Assembly (NCBI GenBank): GCA_944383745.1
Contig: CALWQS010000002.1
Span: forward strand, 2,194-66,193
Direction: 5' to 3'
Source of the DNA: an uncultured Mediterraneibacter sp.
GTDB lineage: Bacteria > Bacillota > Clostridia > Lachnospirales > Lachnospiraceae
DNA: 64,000 nucleotides
In this document: piece after piece, positions 20,155 to 29,388 of the stretch
Position numbering within the stretch: position 1 is the first letter of the stretch
Layout of the letters: every line of letters begins with the position of its first letter
The notes under the pieces: generated by a model
Databases searched by the model: none
Seen by the model: only the letters and a program-made list of their open reading frames with translations
Told to the model about the DNA's origin: nothing
Translations under genes and position numbers: made by a program

Positions 20155-20254
20155 TATCCTAGTTAATGAATCCTTAAAAATCATGATTTTAAGGGTTCAT
20201 TGCCATGGCTGACACACAGTCAAATATTTTTTAAACTTTTAGGAGGAATTAATC

Positions 20255-21274
20255 ATGGCAGTAAAAGTAGCGATTAATGGATTTGGACGTATCGGACGTC
20301 TCGCTTTCAGACAGATGTTTGGAGCAGAAGGATTTGAGATCGTGGCAATCAACGACCTTACATCCCCGAAGATGCTGGCTCACTTACTGAAATATGACTC
20401 AACACAGGGCAAATATGCGCTGGCTGACAAGGTTGAGGCTGGAGAGGATTCCATCACAGTTGACGGAAAAGAAATCAAGATCTATGCAAAGGCTAACGCA
20501 GCAGAGCTTCCGTGGGGAGAGATCGGCGTAGACGTTGTTCTTGAGTGTACAGGATTCTACACATCCAAAGCAAAAGCACAGGCTCATATCGATGCAGGCG
20601 CTAAGAAAGTTATCATCTCCGCTCCGGCTGGAAATGACCTTCCGACAATCGTTTACAACGTTAACCACGAGACACTGACAAAGGATGATGACATCATTTC
20701 AGCAGCATCCTGTACAACAAACTGCCTCGCTCCGATGGCTAAGGCTCTGAATGACCTTGCACCGGTTAAATCTGGTATCATGTGCACGATTCACGCTTAC
20801 ACAGGCGACCAGATGACACTTGACGGACCGCAGAGAAAAGGCGATCTGAGAAGATCACGTGCAGCAGCTTGCAACATCGTTCCGAACAGCACAGGAGCAG
20901 CTAAGGCTATCGGCCTTGTTATTCCGGAACTGAACGGCAAACTGATCGGATCCGCTCAGCGTGTACCGACTCCGACAGGATCTACAACAATCCTTACAGC
21001 AGTTGTAGAGGGCGAAGTTACAGTTGACCAGATCAATGCAGCTATGAAGGCAGCAGCTAACGAGTCCTATGGATACAATACAGATGAGATTGTTTCCAGC
21101 GATATCGTTGGTATGACATATGGTTCTCTGTTCGACGCTACACAGACAATGGCTCTTCCGGTTGGCGACGGCACAACAGAGGTTCAGGTTGTTTCATGGT
21201 ATGACAACGAGAACTCCTACACAAGCCAGATGGTAAGAACAATCAAATACTTCGGAAAACTGCTTGAGGCTTAA
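20255..21274 (+). CDS. gap: Type I glyceraldehyde-3-phosphate dehydrogenase
   Basis: [15 protein letters not shown] and WYDNE motifs. Confidence 0.98.
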   Translation: MAVKVAINGFGRIGRLAFRQMFGAEGFEIVAINDLTSPKMLAHLLKYDSTQGKYALADKVEAGEDSITVDGKEIKIYAKANAAELPWGEIGVDVVLECTGFYTSKAKAQAHIDAGAKKVIISAPAGNDLPTIVYNVNHETLTKDDDIISAASCTTNCLAPMAKALNDLAPVKSGIMCTIHAYTGDQMTLDGPQRKGDLRRSRAAACNIVPNSTGAAKAIGLVIPELNGKLIGSAQRVPTPTGSTTILTAVVEGEVTVDQINAAMKAAANESYGYNTDEIVSSDIVGMTYGSLFDATQTMALPVGDGTTEVQVVSWYDNENSYTSQMVRTIKYFGKLLEA

Positions 21275-21432
21275 TTCATTCTAATCAATGAGGACAAGCG
21301 CTCAGAAGAAATTCTGAATCATTGACTCACAATGGGGTCCGGTCTTATTGTAGGACCGGACCTTATTTCTTTTAGACTGTGTGGGGAAATCCTTTTCACA
21401 GCCGGTTTAAAAAGTATCAGGAGGCTATTAAA

Positions 21433-22632
21433 ATGGCAGCACTTAACAAAAAAACAGTAGATGATATCAATGTAAAGGACAAAAGAGTCCTTGTAAGATG
21501 CGATTTCAACGTACCGCTTCAGGATGGAAAGATCACAGACGAGACACGTATCGTGGCAGCGCTCCCGACGATTAAGAAGCTGATCGCCGACGGCGGAAAA
21601 GTAATCCTCTGCTCACATCTCGGCAAACCGAAGGGAGAGCCGAAGCCGGAGCTTTCTCTTGCACCGGTTGCAGTGAGACTTTCCGAGCTCCTCGGACAGG
21701 AAGTGAAGTTTGCGGCAGATCCGGAAGTTGTAGGACCGAACGCAAAAGCGGCTGTTGAGGCTATGAATGACGGAGATGTCGTGCTTCTTGAAAACACACG
21801 TTACAGAGCAGAGGAGACAAAGAACGGCGAAGCGTTCTCCAAAGAGCTTGCATCTCTCTGCGATGTATTCGTAAACGATGCGTTCGGAACAGCTCACAGA
21901 GCACACTGCTCAAACGTAGGCGTTACAGAATATGTCGATACAGCAGTTGTCGGATATCTGATGGAAAAAGAAATCAAGTTCCTCGGAAACGCTGTAGAGA
22001 ATCCGGAGAGACCGTTTGTAGCGATCCTCGGCGGATCTAAGGTTTCCAGCAAGATCTCTGTTATCAACAACCTGCTTGAGAAGGTTGACACGCTGATCAT
22101 CGGCGGCGGAATGTGCTACACATTCTCAAAAGCGCAGGGCGGAAGCGTTGGAACTTCCCTTCTTGAGGAAGATTATCTTCAGTATGCGCTGGATATGGTC
22201 GAGAAGGCAAAGGAGAAAGGCGTAAAACTTCTTCTTCCGGTAGACACGATCATCGCAGACGCATTCTCAAATGATGCAAATACAAAAGTAGTCGCACAGG
22301 GCGAGATCCCGGACGGCTGGATGGGCCTTGATATCGGACCGGAGACAGCTAAGATGTATGCTGAGGCTGTCAAGTCTGCCAAGACAGTTGTATGGAACGG
22401 ACCGATGGGATGCTTCGAGATGCCGAAATTCGCAGATGGAACAAAAGCAGTTGCAGAGGCTATGGCTGAAGCAGACGCAGTTACGATCATCGGCGGCGGC
22501 GATTCAGCAGCAGCTGTAAACCAGCTCGGATACGGCGACAAGATGACTCACATCTCAACAGGCGGCGGCGCTTCTCTCGAGTTCCTTGAAGGAAAAGAAC
22601 TGCCGGGCGTAGCAGCGGCAAACGATAAGTAA
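21433..22632 (+). CDS. pgk: Phosphoglycerate kinase
   Basis: [21 protein letters not shown] and STGGGASL motifs. Start at ATG 21433. Confidence 0.98.
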   Translation: MAALNKKTVDDINVKDKRVLVRCDFNVPLQDGKITDETRIVAALPTIKKLIADGGKVILCSHLGKPKGEPKPELSLAPVAVRLSELLGQEVKFAADPEVVGPNAKAAVEAMNDGDVVLLENTRYRAEETKNGEAFSKELASLCDVFVNDAFGTAHRAHCSNVGVTEYVDTAVVGYLMEKEIKFLGNAVENPERPFVAILGGSKVSSKISVINNLLEKVDTLIIGGGMCYTFSKAQGGSVGTSLLEEDYLQYALDMVEKAKEKGVKLLLPVDTIIADAFSNDANTKVVAQGEIPDGWMGLDIGPETAKMYAEAVKSAKTVVWNGPMGCFEMPKFADGTKAVAEAMAEADAVTIIGGGDSAAAVNQLGYGDKMTHISTGGGASLEFLEGKELPGVAAANDK

Positions 22633-22758
22633 AAAGCTTAGTGAAGCCGAGCCGAAGGCGAAGGCTGAACTTAGCGTTTACTTAGTTCGCCGCGGTTGGC
22701 GAGGTACTTTCGAGCCTAGCAAGGCGAACATACCCAAAAGCTTAGTGAAGCCGAACAT
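22627..22758. repeat. Intergenic REP-like element with 19-bp direct repeats and two hairpins
   Basis: AAAAGCTTAGTGAAGCCGA at 22632-22650 and 22736-22754; stems AAGTAAA/TTTACTT, GCC-GAA-GGC and GTTCGCC/GGCGAAC. Confidence 0.7.
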
Positions 22759-22792
22759 GTATTTAAAAGCTGATTAATAGGAGAAAAATAAA

Positions 22793-23542
22793 ATGGCAAG
22801 AAAGAAAATCATTGCAGGAAACTGGAAGATGAACAAGACTCCGAGCGAGGCGGTTGCACTCGTTGAGGAATTAAAACCGCTCGTTGCAAACGAGGAAGTG
22901 GACGTAGTGTTCTGCGTACCGGCGATCGATATCGTACCGGTTGTTGAAGCGGTAAAAGGAACAAACATCCAGGTTGGCGCTGAGAATATGTATTTCGAGG
23001 AGAGCGGAGCTTACACAGGAGAGATCGCTCCGGCTATGCTCGTAGACGCAGGCGTTAAATATGTAGTTCTCGGACATTCTGAGAGAAGAGATTACTTCGG
23101 AGAGACAAATGAGGATGTAAACAAGAAGGTCCTGAAAGCGCTTGAGCACGGTATTACACCGATCATGTGCTGCGGAGAGACTCTGGAGCAGAGAGAGCAG
23201 GGCGTGACAATGGATTTCATCCGTCAGCAGGTGAAGGTTGGCCTTCAGAATGTAACGGCTGACCAGGCTAAGACAATGGTTATCGCTTACGAGCCGATCT
23301 GGGCGATCGGAACAGGCAAGACTGCTACAACAGAGCAGGCTGAAGAAGTGTGCAAAGGAATCCGCGAGTGCGTAGCTGAAGTATACGATGAGGCTACAGC
23401 AGAGGCGATCCGCATCCAGTACGGCGGATCTGTAAATGCAGGAAACGCAGCGGAGCTGTTCGCACAGGCTGACATCGACGGCGGTCTGGTAGGAGGCGCT
23501 TCCCTGAAGGCTGATTTCGGAAAGATCGTAAATTACAAATAG
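22793..23542 (+). CDS. tpiA: Triosephosphate isomerase
   Basis: [23 protein letters not shown] and YGGSV motifs. Confidence 0.98.
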   Translation: MARKKIIAGNWKMNKTPSEAVALVEELKPLVANEEVDVVFCVPAIDIVPVVEAVKGTNIQVGAENMYFEESGAYTGEIAPAMLVDAGVKYVVLGHSERRDYFGETNEDVNKKVLKALEHGITPIMCCGETLEQREQGVTMDFIRQQVKVGLQNVTADQAKTMVIAYEPIWAIGTGKTATTEQAEEVCKGIRECVAEVYDEATAEAIRIQYGGSVNAGNAAELFAQADIDGGLVGGASLKADFGKIVNYK

Positions 23543-23626
23543 ACAGTTCTTTTGAATTGTTGAAGCCTGAGAGCATCGATCCGTAGCGGTTAAAATATTT
23601 AAAGAAAAATATAATGTTTCTATGGG

Positions 23627-23664
23627 AAAAAGACCATTTGCAACGCGGCAGATGGTCTTTTTTT
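23627..23664 (+). terminator. Intrinsic terminator after tpiA
   Basis: AAAAAGACCATTTGC-AACGCG-GCAGATGGTCTTTTTTT. Confidence 0.85.
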
Positions 23665-23760
23665 AATTAATTATATTCTTTTGTGATTTTGTGTGATAGA
23701 ATAGATAATAATTTGAAAAAAAGAATAGTTTGCGGAAATATTTAGAGGAGATGGAGTTTG

Positions 23761-24027
23761 ATGGGTGAGATAAAGATAAATGTAAGAAATCTTGAAAATA
23801 ATATTAACAATTTGAAGAAACTTCTTGAAACTTGTGCGGATGTAGATGTTTCAGAAGAAGAAATGCTTGGCGGAGGCAGGTCGATAGAGGCGATCCATTC
23901 GGTGGATCAAAGTTATTCTGTACTCAAAGAAAGTCTCATTACTTTGATTACAAATTCAATCGGTTTTTTTGACAATGTAAAAGCAAGCCTGAAAGATGCA
24001 GATGATAGGATCGCGTCAAACATGTAA
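23761..24027 (+). CDS. Small helical protein, putative WXG100-like T7SS effector partner
   Basis: 88 aa after a GAGGAG RBS; two amphipathic halves with a central GGG turn and a C-terminal LKDADD. AT-rich coding. Confidence 0.6.
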   Translation: MGEIKINVRNLENNINNLKKLLETCADVDVSEEEMLGGGRSIEAIHSVDQSYSVLKESLITLITNSIGFFDNVKASLKDADDRIASNM

Positions 24028-24053
24028 ATGGCAGATAGCAGAAAGGAAAGATT

Positions 24054-24338
24054 ATGGATGCAGATTTAATTATTAATGATGACTATGTTATTTCTGTAGG
24101 GGATGCCTGCTGTAAGCGTGCGTCTTCATTAGAAGCAGTCTTAAATGAATATATATTAATTTTAAAATCAATTAACGATACTGCGATACAGGAAGGAGAA
24201 ATTTCGGAAGCTGTCAATGCTTTTGTTTCATGCGCTCAGCTGATAGAGGGACAGATTCAAGCCATTTCATCTGATATGAAAAGAATCTGTAACTGTATGA
24301 TCGATGCTGTTGATGAAGCGGATTCGTACTTATTTTAA
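24054..24338 (+). CDS. Small helical protein, putative WXG100-like
   Basis: 94 aa after an AAAGGA RBS; central IQEG at the WXG-equivalent position and C-terminal VDEADSYLF. Confidence 0.62.
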   Translation: MDADLIINDDYVISVGDACCKRASSLEAVLNEYILILKSINDTAIQEGEISEAVNAFVSCAQLIEGQIQAISSDMKRICNCMIDAVDEADSYLF

Positions 24339-24360
24339 TCTATATAGGAGAGATGATGCT

Positions 24361-25470
24361 GTGAAGAGAGATTTTTCAGAAGCGGCCCGTCAGGAATTGT
24401 TTTCGCTTGTGTCGCAAGTCGAAAATGAGAAGTGGTGTGACTTTACAGATTGGGTTGGGGACAGGTGGTATGATTTTGAAGAATGGATCGGAAGCCTGGA
24501 CATTAAAAATTATATTGACAATATTAATGAATACCATAAAAAAGTTATCGACAAGAATAATGCTACAATAGGACAGATTGAAGAGATTTTCGAGGATGTA
24601 AATCAAGTCAGCGCAGATTATAAAGCCAGAACAGACAGCATATACGAAAATATAAACTCGCTCATTTCGATTATCGATCAATTAAGTGAAACAATCAGTC
24701 CCGGAAGAGGACTTTTTACGTCAGGATATATCCGTGGAAATTTAAGAACAACGGTAAACCGGTATCTTCTCGAAAGCAAAAATCTACATAGAATAGCAGT
24801 TAACAATCTTCCGGATGTGAATCCATCCTTCGATGATAAAGGTTCATATGGCGGAGATCAGGGGGCAGCTCAAAAAGTATATCTGGATGAGGATATACAA
24901 GAAATAGTAAGAGAGTATTATCCTGCTTATAGTGACCGGGAAATACGGGATCTGCTCATAGAACTGAATTCGGAAGGCTGCGGTTATGTCGCTCTATGCA
25001 ATACTATTTTTTGGGAGTTCGTCGGCAGAGAAGAAGAATTTGAAGAGATTTTCGGATTCCCTATGTATAAAGACGGGGATTTAAATTATAACGCCATTAT
25101 TGTAGATCTATATTGCGATAAAGATAAAAAGCATAAATCAGGCACAAGTATATCTGAGAGAAAGGACATATGGGAAGATTACCTTGCTGAGCATGGTATT
25201 GATGTAAATGTTGAGTGTTATATAGAGGTTACCGCAGATAACTATAATGATATTGTTGATAAAGGTCAGATTATAGTTGCAATTGAACCTTGTATTCTTG
25301 AAGACGAAGCGGGAAACACAGTTTTTAACGCTGATGGCGGCCATGCCATGACGGTAACCGGGGTAACTGAGGATGGACGGTTTATCGTTTCGTCCTGGGG
25401 AAAACGATACTATGTTGATCCGGATACGAAATATGACAGACTGCAGTTTCAGCAAGTGAGGTATGACTGA
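24361..25470 (+). CDS. Putative polymorphic toxin: helical N-terminal domain plus papain/C39-like C-terminal domain
   Basis: GTG start after AGGAG (24346-24350). GCGYVA (Cys codon 24979), GGHAMTVTG (His codon 25342) and IVSSWG (25384-25401). No signal peptide. Confidence 0.65.
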   Translation: MKRDFSEAARQELFSLVSQVENEKWCDFTDWVGDRWYDFEEWIGSLDIKNYIDNINEYHKKVIDKNNATIGQIEEIFEDVNQVSADYKARTDSIYENINSLISIIDQLSETISPGRGLFTSGYIRGNLRTTVNRYLLESKNLHRIAVNNLPDVNPSFDDKGSYGGDQGAAQKVYLDEDIQEIVREYYPAYSDREIRDLLIELNSEGCGYVALCNTIFWEFVGREEEFEEIFGFPMYKDGDLNYNAIIVDLYCDKDKKHKSGTSISERKDIWEDYLAEHGIDVNVECYIEVTADNYNDIVDKGQIIVAIEPCILEDEAGNTVFNADGGHAMTVTGVTEDGRFIVSSWGKRYYVDPDTKYDRLQFQQVRYD

Positions 25471-26239
25471 AATGAAAATCAAATTAAACAAAATGCTGTA
25501 TATATTTACTTTTATTCTGGTGTTCAGCGTTTCGGGATGCCGGAGCAGGGAGGTTGATGAAAATATGAATACAATAAGCTATGAATCATTATCCATTCAA
25601 GAAGCAAATTCGGTTTCTCCGAATTCGTATGACCTGCAGGAGGCTGTAAAAAAGGGGCTGGCAGACAAAGAAATCTATGACGGTGATTATCTGGAAGTTC
25701 AGGCTGCGTATATGTCACTTTTAAATTACTATCTCTGTGAAAATGCAGGATTAAATAATTATCAGGATGATCTGGATGCATCTGAATTTACGTTCCCTGC
25801 CGGCGAACAAGACGTATATATGAAAGCAGGTTCTTTTGGAAGAGCCAATATATATATCAGGAATAATATATATATTGAGCGCTTGTCATCTGACGACCTT
25901 TTGCTGCTGATGTCAAATATGAAAAATGGAGAGGTAACCGTCAATGATGATCTGATCCAAATGGTGGCAAAGACTATGCAGGAAGTAATTTCGGTACAGT
26001 ATGATGATACGGATGCAAAATTTGATGCTGTTTATAATATAGGCGCATTTCAAACAGACACGGCGCCGAACGATGCGCTGGTGATTGCAGTCTCATATGA
26101 ACCGGAATACGATGAAAATGGAAATATTGTGAATAGAGATACTGAGGAAGAAAAACTGAATTTTATGGCATCATTTAAGAAAAGAATTGAGACAGAGATG
26201 AGTGAGAAACTCGGCGTTCCCGTCAGTGTGTTTTATTGA
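25463..26239 (+). CDS. Lipoprotein, putative immunity protein
   Basis: Basic N-terminus, hydrophobic LYIFTFILVF and lipobox VSGC; start overlaps the upstream stop codon. Confidence 0.65.
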   Translation: MTEMKIKLNKMLYIFTFILVFSVSGCRSREVDENMNTISYESLSIQEANSVSPNSYDLQEAVKKGLADKEIYDGDYLEVQAAYMSLLNYYLCENAGLNNYQDDLDASEFTFPAGEQDVYMKAGSFGRANIYIRNNIYIERLSSDDLLLLMSNMKNGEVTVNDDLIQMVAKTMQEVISVQYDDTDAKFDAVYNIGAFQTDTAPNDALVIAVSYEPEYDENGNIVNRDTEEEKLNFMASFKKRIETEMSEKLGVPVSVFY

Positions 26240-26304
26240 TTTGACAGATTTATCTGCTGACAGAATCAAAGCATGTGCGATGCTTGTTTTCTATTTTCTC
26301 TGTC

Positions 26305-26333
26305 TTGCAAATTGCGGAAAAAGCGGGTACAAT
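26305..26333 (+). promoter_or_regulatory. Sigma-A promoter of gpmI
   Basis: TTGCAA-17 nt-TACAAT. Confidence 0.6.
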
Positions 26334-26383
26334 AGTTTACGGGATAAGATACCCAAATGTACAGATAAAGGAGATATATGGAT

Positions 26384-27922
26384 ATGAGCAAGAAACCAAC
26401 CGTATTGATGATATTAGACGGCTACGGGCTGAGAGACGACAAACACGGAAACGCAGTGGCAGAGGCTGCTACTCCGGTGATGGACAAGCTGATGGCTGAG
26501 TGCCCGTTTGTGAGAGGAAATGCCAGCGGTATGGCGGTAGGACTTCCGGACGGACAGATGGGAAACTCTGAGGTGGGACATCTGAATATGGGCGCGGGAC
26601 GCATCGTATATCAGGACCTGACGAAGATCACAAAGGCGATCCAGGACGGCGATTTCTTTGAGAATAAAGCGCTCGTGGCAGCGTGCGAGAATGTGAAGAA
26701 GAATGATTCCGCGCTTCATCTGATGGGACTTGTCTCCGACGGAGGAGTGCACAGCCACAATACACATATCTATGGTCTCCTGGAGCTGGCGAAGAGACAG
26801 GGGATCGAGAAGGTCTATGTACACTGCTTCCTTGACGGGCGTGACACACCGCCGGCATCCGGAAAAGAGTATGTAGAAGAACTGGAAGCTAAGATGAAAG
26901 AGATCGGCGTCGGCGAGGTCGCTACAGTAGCAGGACGCTACTATGCAATGGACAGGGACAACCGCTGGGATCGTGTGGAGAAGGCTTACAGAGCCCTCGT
27001 AAAAGGAGAAGGCGAGGAGGCTGTTTCCGCGCCAGAAGGAATCCAGGCTTCCTATGATAAAGAAGTGACAGATGAGTTCGTTGTGCCGATGGTGATCATG
27101 AAAGACGGCGCCCCGACAGCTACGGTGAAGGATGGAGATTCCATTATTTTCTTCAATTTCCGCCCGGACCGTGCAAGAGAGATTACAAGGACATTCTGCG
27201 ATGATGATTTCACAGGATTTGACAGAGGCGAGAGAGTGAAGACGACATATGTATGCTTCACAGAGTATGACGTTACAATTCCGAACAAGCAGGTTGCATT
27301 TGTAAAGGAAGAGATCACGAACACATTCGGCGAGTTCCTTGCAGCTCACGATCTGAAGCAGGCGCGTATCGCTGAGACAGAGAAGTATGCTCATGTGACA
27401 TTCTTCTTCAACGGCGGCGTAGAGGAGCCGAATCCGGGTGAGGACCGCATCCTTGTGAAATCACCGAAGGTTGCGACATATGACCTGAAGCCGGAGATGA
27501 GCGCATATGAAGTGTGCGATAAGCTGTGTGAGGCGATCAGATCCGGAAAATACGATGTGATCATCATCAATTTCGCGAACCCGGATATGGTGGGACATAC
27601 AGGTGTTGAGAATGCCGCCATTAAGGCGATCGAGGCAGTGGATGAGTGCGTAGGAAAAGCGGTCGACGCAATCAAAGAGGTTGACGGACAGATGTTCATC
27701 TGCGCAGATCACGGAAACGCAGAGCAGCTGATCGACGAGGAGACCGGCGAGCCGTTTACAGCCCACACGACGAATCAGGTTCCGTTCATCCTGGTGAACG
27801 CAGATCCGTCTTATAAGCTGAGAGAGGGCGGATGCCTGGCGGATATTGCTCCGACGCTGATCGAAATGATGGGAATGGAGCAGCCGAAAGAGATGACAGG
27901 AAAATCTCTGATCGTAAAATAA
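26384..27922 (+). CDS. gpmI: 2,3-BPG-independent phosphoglycerate mutase
   Basis: [32 protein letters not shown] and DMVGH motifs. Start is 26378 or 26384. Confidence 0.97.
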   Translation: MSKKPTVLMILDGYGLRDDKHGNAVAEAATPVMDKLMAECPFVRGNASGMAVGLPDGQMGNSEVGHLNMGAGRIVYQDLTKITKAIQDGDFFENKALVAACENVKKNDSALHLMGLVSDGGVHSHNTHIYGLLELAKRQGIEKVYVHCFLDGRDTPPASGKEYVEELEAKMKEIGVGEVATVAGRYYAMDRDNRWDRVEKAYRALVKGEGEEAVSAPEGIQASYDKEVTDEFVVPMVIMKDGAPTATVKDGDSIIFFNFRPDRAREITRTFCDDDFTGFDRGERVKTTYVCFTEYDVTIPNKQVAFVKEEITNTFGEFLAAHDLKQARIAETEKYAHVTFFFNGGVEEPNPGEDRILVKSPKVATYDLKPEMSAYEVCDKLCEAIRSGKYDVIIINFANPDMVGHTGVENAAIKAIEAVDECVGKAVDAIKEVDGQMFICADHGNAEQLIDEETGEPFTAHTTNQVPFILVNADPSYKLREGGCLADIAPTLIEMMGMEQPKEMTGKSLIVK

Positions 27923-28098
27923 AGCCCTGTGGAAAGAAAATGGCAGTTTTGCAGTAAACAGACTCTCAGACAGCAGGAATGCTGCCTGAGAGTCTTCGGC
28001 TGTTATGGGAGTTTTTTCCTGTGCAGAACTGTGTGACCTGAGTGAGACGGGGCGGGGAAGAATATAAAAGCAAGTCTTGAATGCGGGAGAGGTGAGAA

Positions 28099-28605
28099 AT
28101 GATGCGAGAGAAGCTGACAAAGAGCGATGTGGAAAAGATCCAGGCGGAGATAGAGCACCGTAAGCTGGTGGAGCGAAGAGAACTGATCGAGGCGGTGAAG
28201 GAGGCGCGTTCCCACGGGGATCTTAGTGAAAATTTTGAATATCACGCCGCCAAGAAGGAGAAGAACCGCAATGAGAGCAGGATCCGTTATCTTGAGAGAA
28301 TGCTGAAGACGGCGGTTATTGTAGAGGATCATTCCAAGGAGGATGAAGTCGGGCTTAACAATACGGTGGAACTCTACTGCGAGGACGATGATGAGGTGGA
28401 GACATACCGTCTTGTCACATCTGTGAGAGGAAGCTCCCTGAACGGCCTGGTCAGTATTGAATCGCCGATCGGGAAGGCGATCCTGGGGCACAGAGAGGGA
28501 GACAGAGTCTATGTAAAGGTCAATGACGATTATGGCTATTATGTAGTGATCAGGAAGGTGATCAACACACAGAGTGAGGAAGATGATCAAATCAGAAGCT
28601 ATTAA
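28099..28605 (+). CDS. greA: Transcription elongation factor GreA
   Basis: ARSHGDLSENFEYHAAK and SIESPIGKAILG motifs. Confidence 0.9.
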   Translation: MMREKLTKSDVEKIQAEIEHRKLVERRELIEAVKEARSHGDLSENFEYHAAKKEKNRNESRIRYLERMLKTAVIVEDHSKEDEVGLNNTVELYCEDDDEVETYRLVTSVRGSSLNGLVSIESPIGKAILGHREGDRVYVKVNDDYGYYVVIRKVINTQSEEDDQIRSY

Positions 28606-28619
28606 GAGGGGGAGGGCGT

Positions 28620-29282
28620 ATGAAGATCCATACACTTTTATTCGACCTTGACGGGACGATCACGGATTCCGGGCCGGGGATTATGAACAGCGTGCGATAT
28701 GCCCTGCAGAAGGCGGGAAGGAAAGCTGCGGATGACGAGGAGCTGCGCTCGTTTATCGGACCGCCTCTCCACGGGCAGTTTCAGAAATTCTGCGGAATCA
28801 CAGAAGAGGAGGCGCTTGAGATGGTCTCGCTATACAGAGAATATTATAAAGACCGGGGAATCTTTGAGAACAGCGTCTACGACGGCGTGATACCTATGCT
28901 TGAGAGAGTGAGAGCGGATGGTTATAAAGTTCTCCTGGCAACGTCAAAGCCGGAGCGGTTCGCAGAGATTATAGCAGAACATTTCGGCTTCGCGCAGTAT
29001 TTCGACTTTATCGGAGGCGCGAATATGGACGGAAGCCGCACGGACAAGCGGGAAGTGATTGAATACGTTCTCGTCTCATGCGGAGTAGATGACAGGGACG
29101 GCGTCCTTATGATCGGAGACCGCAGATATGATATCGAGGGCGCGCGCAGGGCGGGAGTGCATTCCATGGGCGTGTTATACGGATACGGGAGCAGAGAAGA
29201 GATCGAGAGCGCAAAACCCGATTTTATCGCTGAGACTCCGGATGAGATCAGCAGGATCGTTCTGGACGGAGAGCAGTCTTAG
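28620..29282 (+). CDS. HAD-family hydrolase (5'-nucleotidase/phosphoglycolate phosphatase-like)
   Basis: FDLDGT, IGPPL, ATSK and MIGDRRYD motifs. Confidence 0.9.
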   Translation: MKIHTLLFDLDGTITDSGPGIMNSVRYALQKAGRKAADDEELRSFIGPPLHGQFQKFCGITEEEALEMVSLYREYYKDRGIFENSVYDGVIPMLERVRADGYKVLLATSKPERFAEIIAEHFGFAQYFDFIGGANMDGSRTDKREVIEYVLVSCGVDDRDGVLMIGDRRYDIEGARRAGVHSMGVLYGYGSREEIESAKPDFIAETPDEISRIVLDGEQS

Positions 29283-29350
29283 GATCATGGAGATTCGGGC
29301 GGCTGATGTCCCGGTGTCTGAATGACATGAATTTTACTCTTTATAAAAAC

Positions 29351-29383
29351 AGGGGCAGGATTTCCGGATGGAATCCTGCCCCT
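29351..29383. terminator. Hairpin between convergent genes
   Basis: AGGGGCAGGATT...AATCCTGCCCCT, with an A-run on the left that reads as a U-tract on the minus strand. Confidence 0.7.
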
Positions 29384-29388
29384 GAAGA

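Noticed and set aside
22632-22754. Direct repeats as a mini CRISPR array
   Set aside because: Only two 19-bp copies with an 85-nt structured spacer, and no cas genes.
23665-26260. AT-rich cassette as a prophage, IS or integron remnant
   Set aside because: No integrase, transposase, terminal inverted repeats or evident target duplication.
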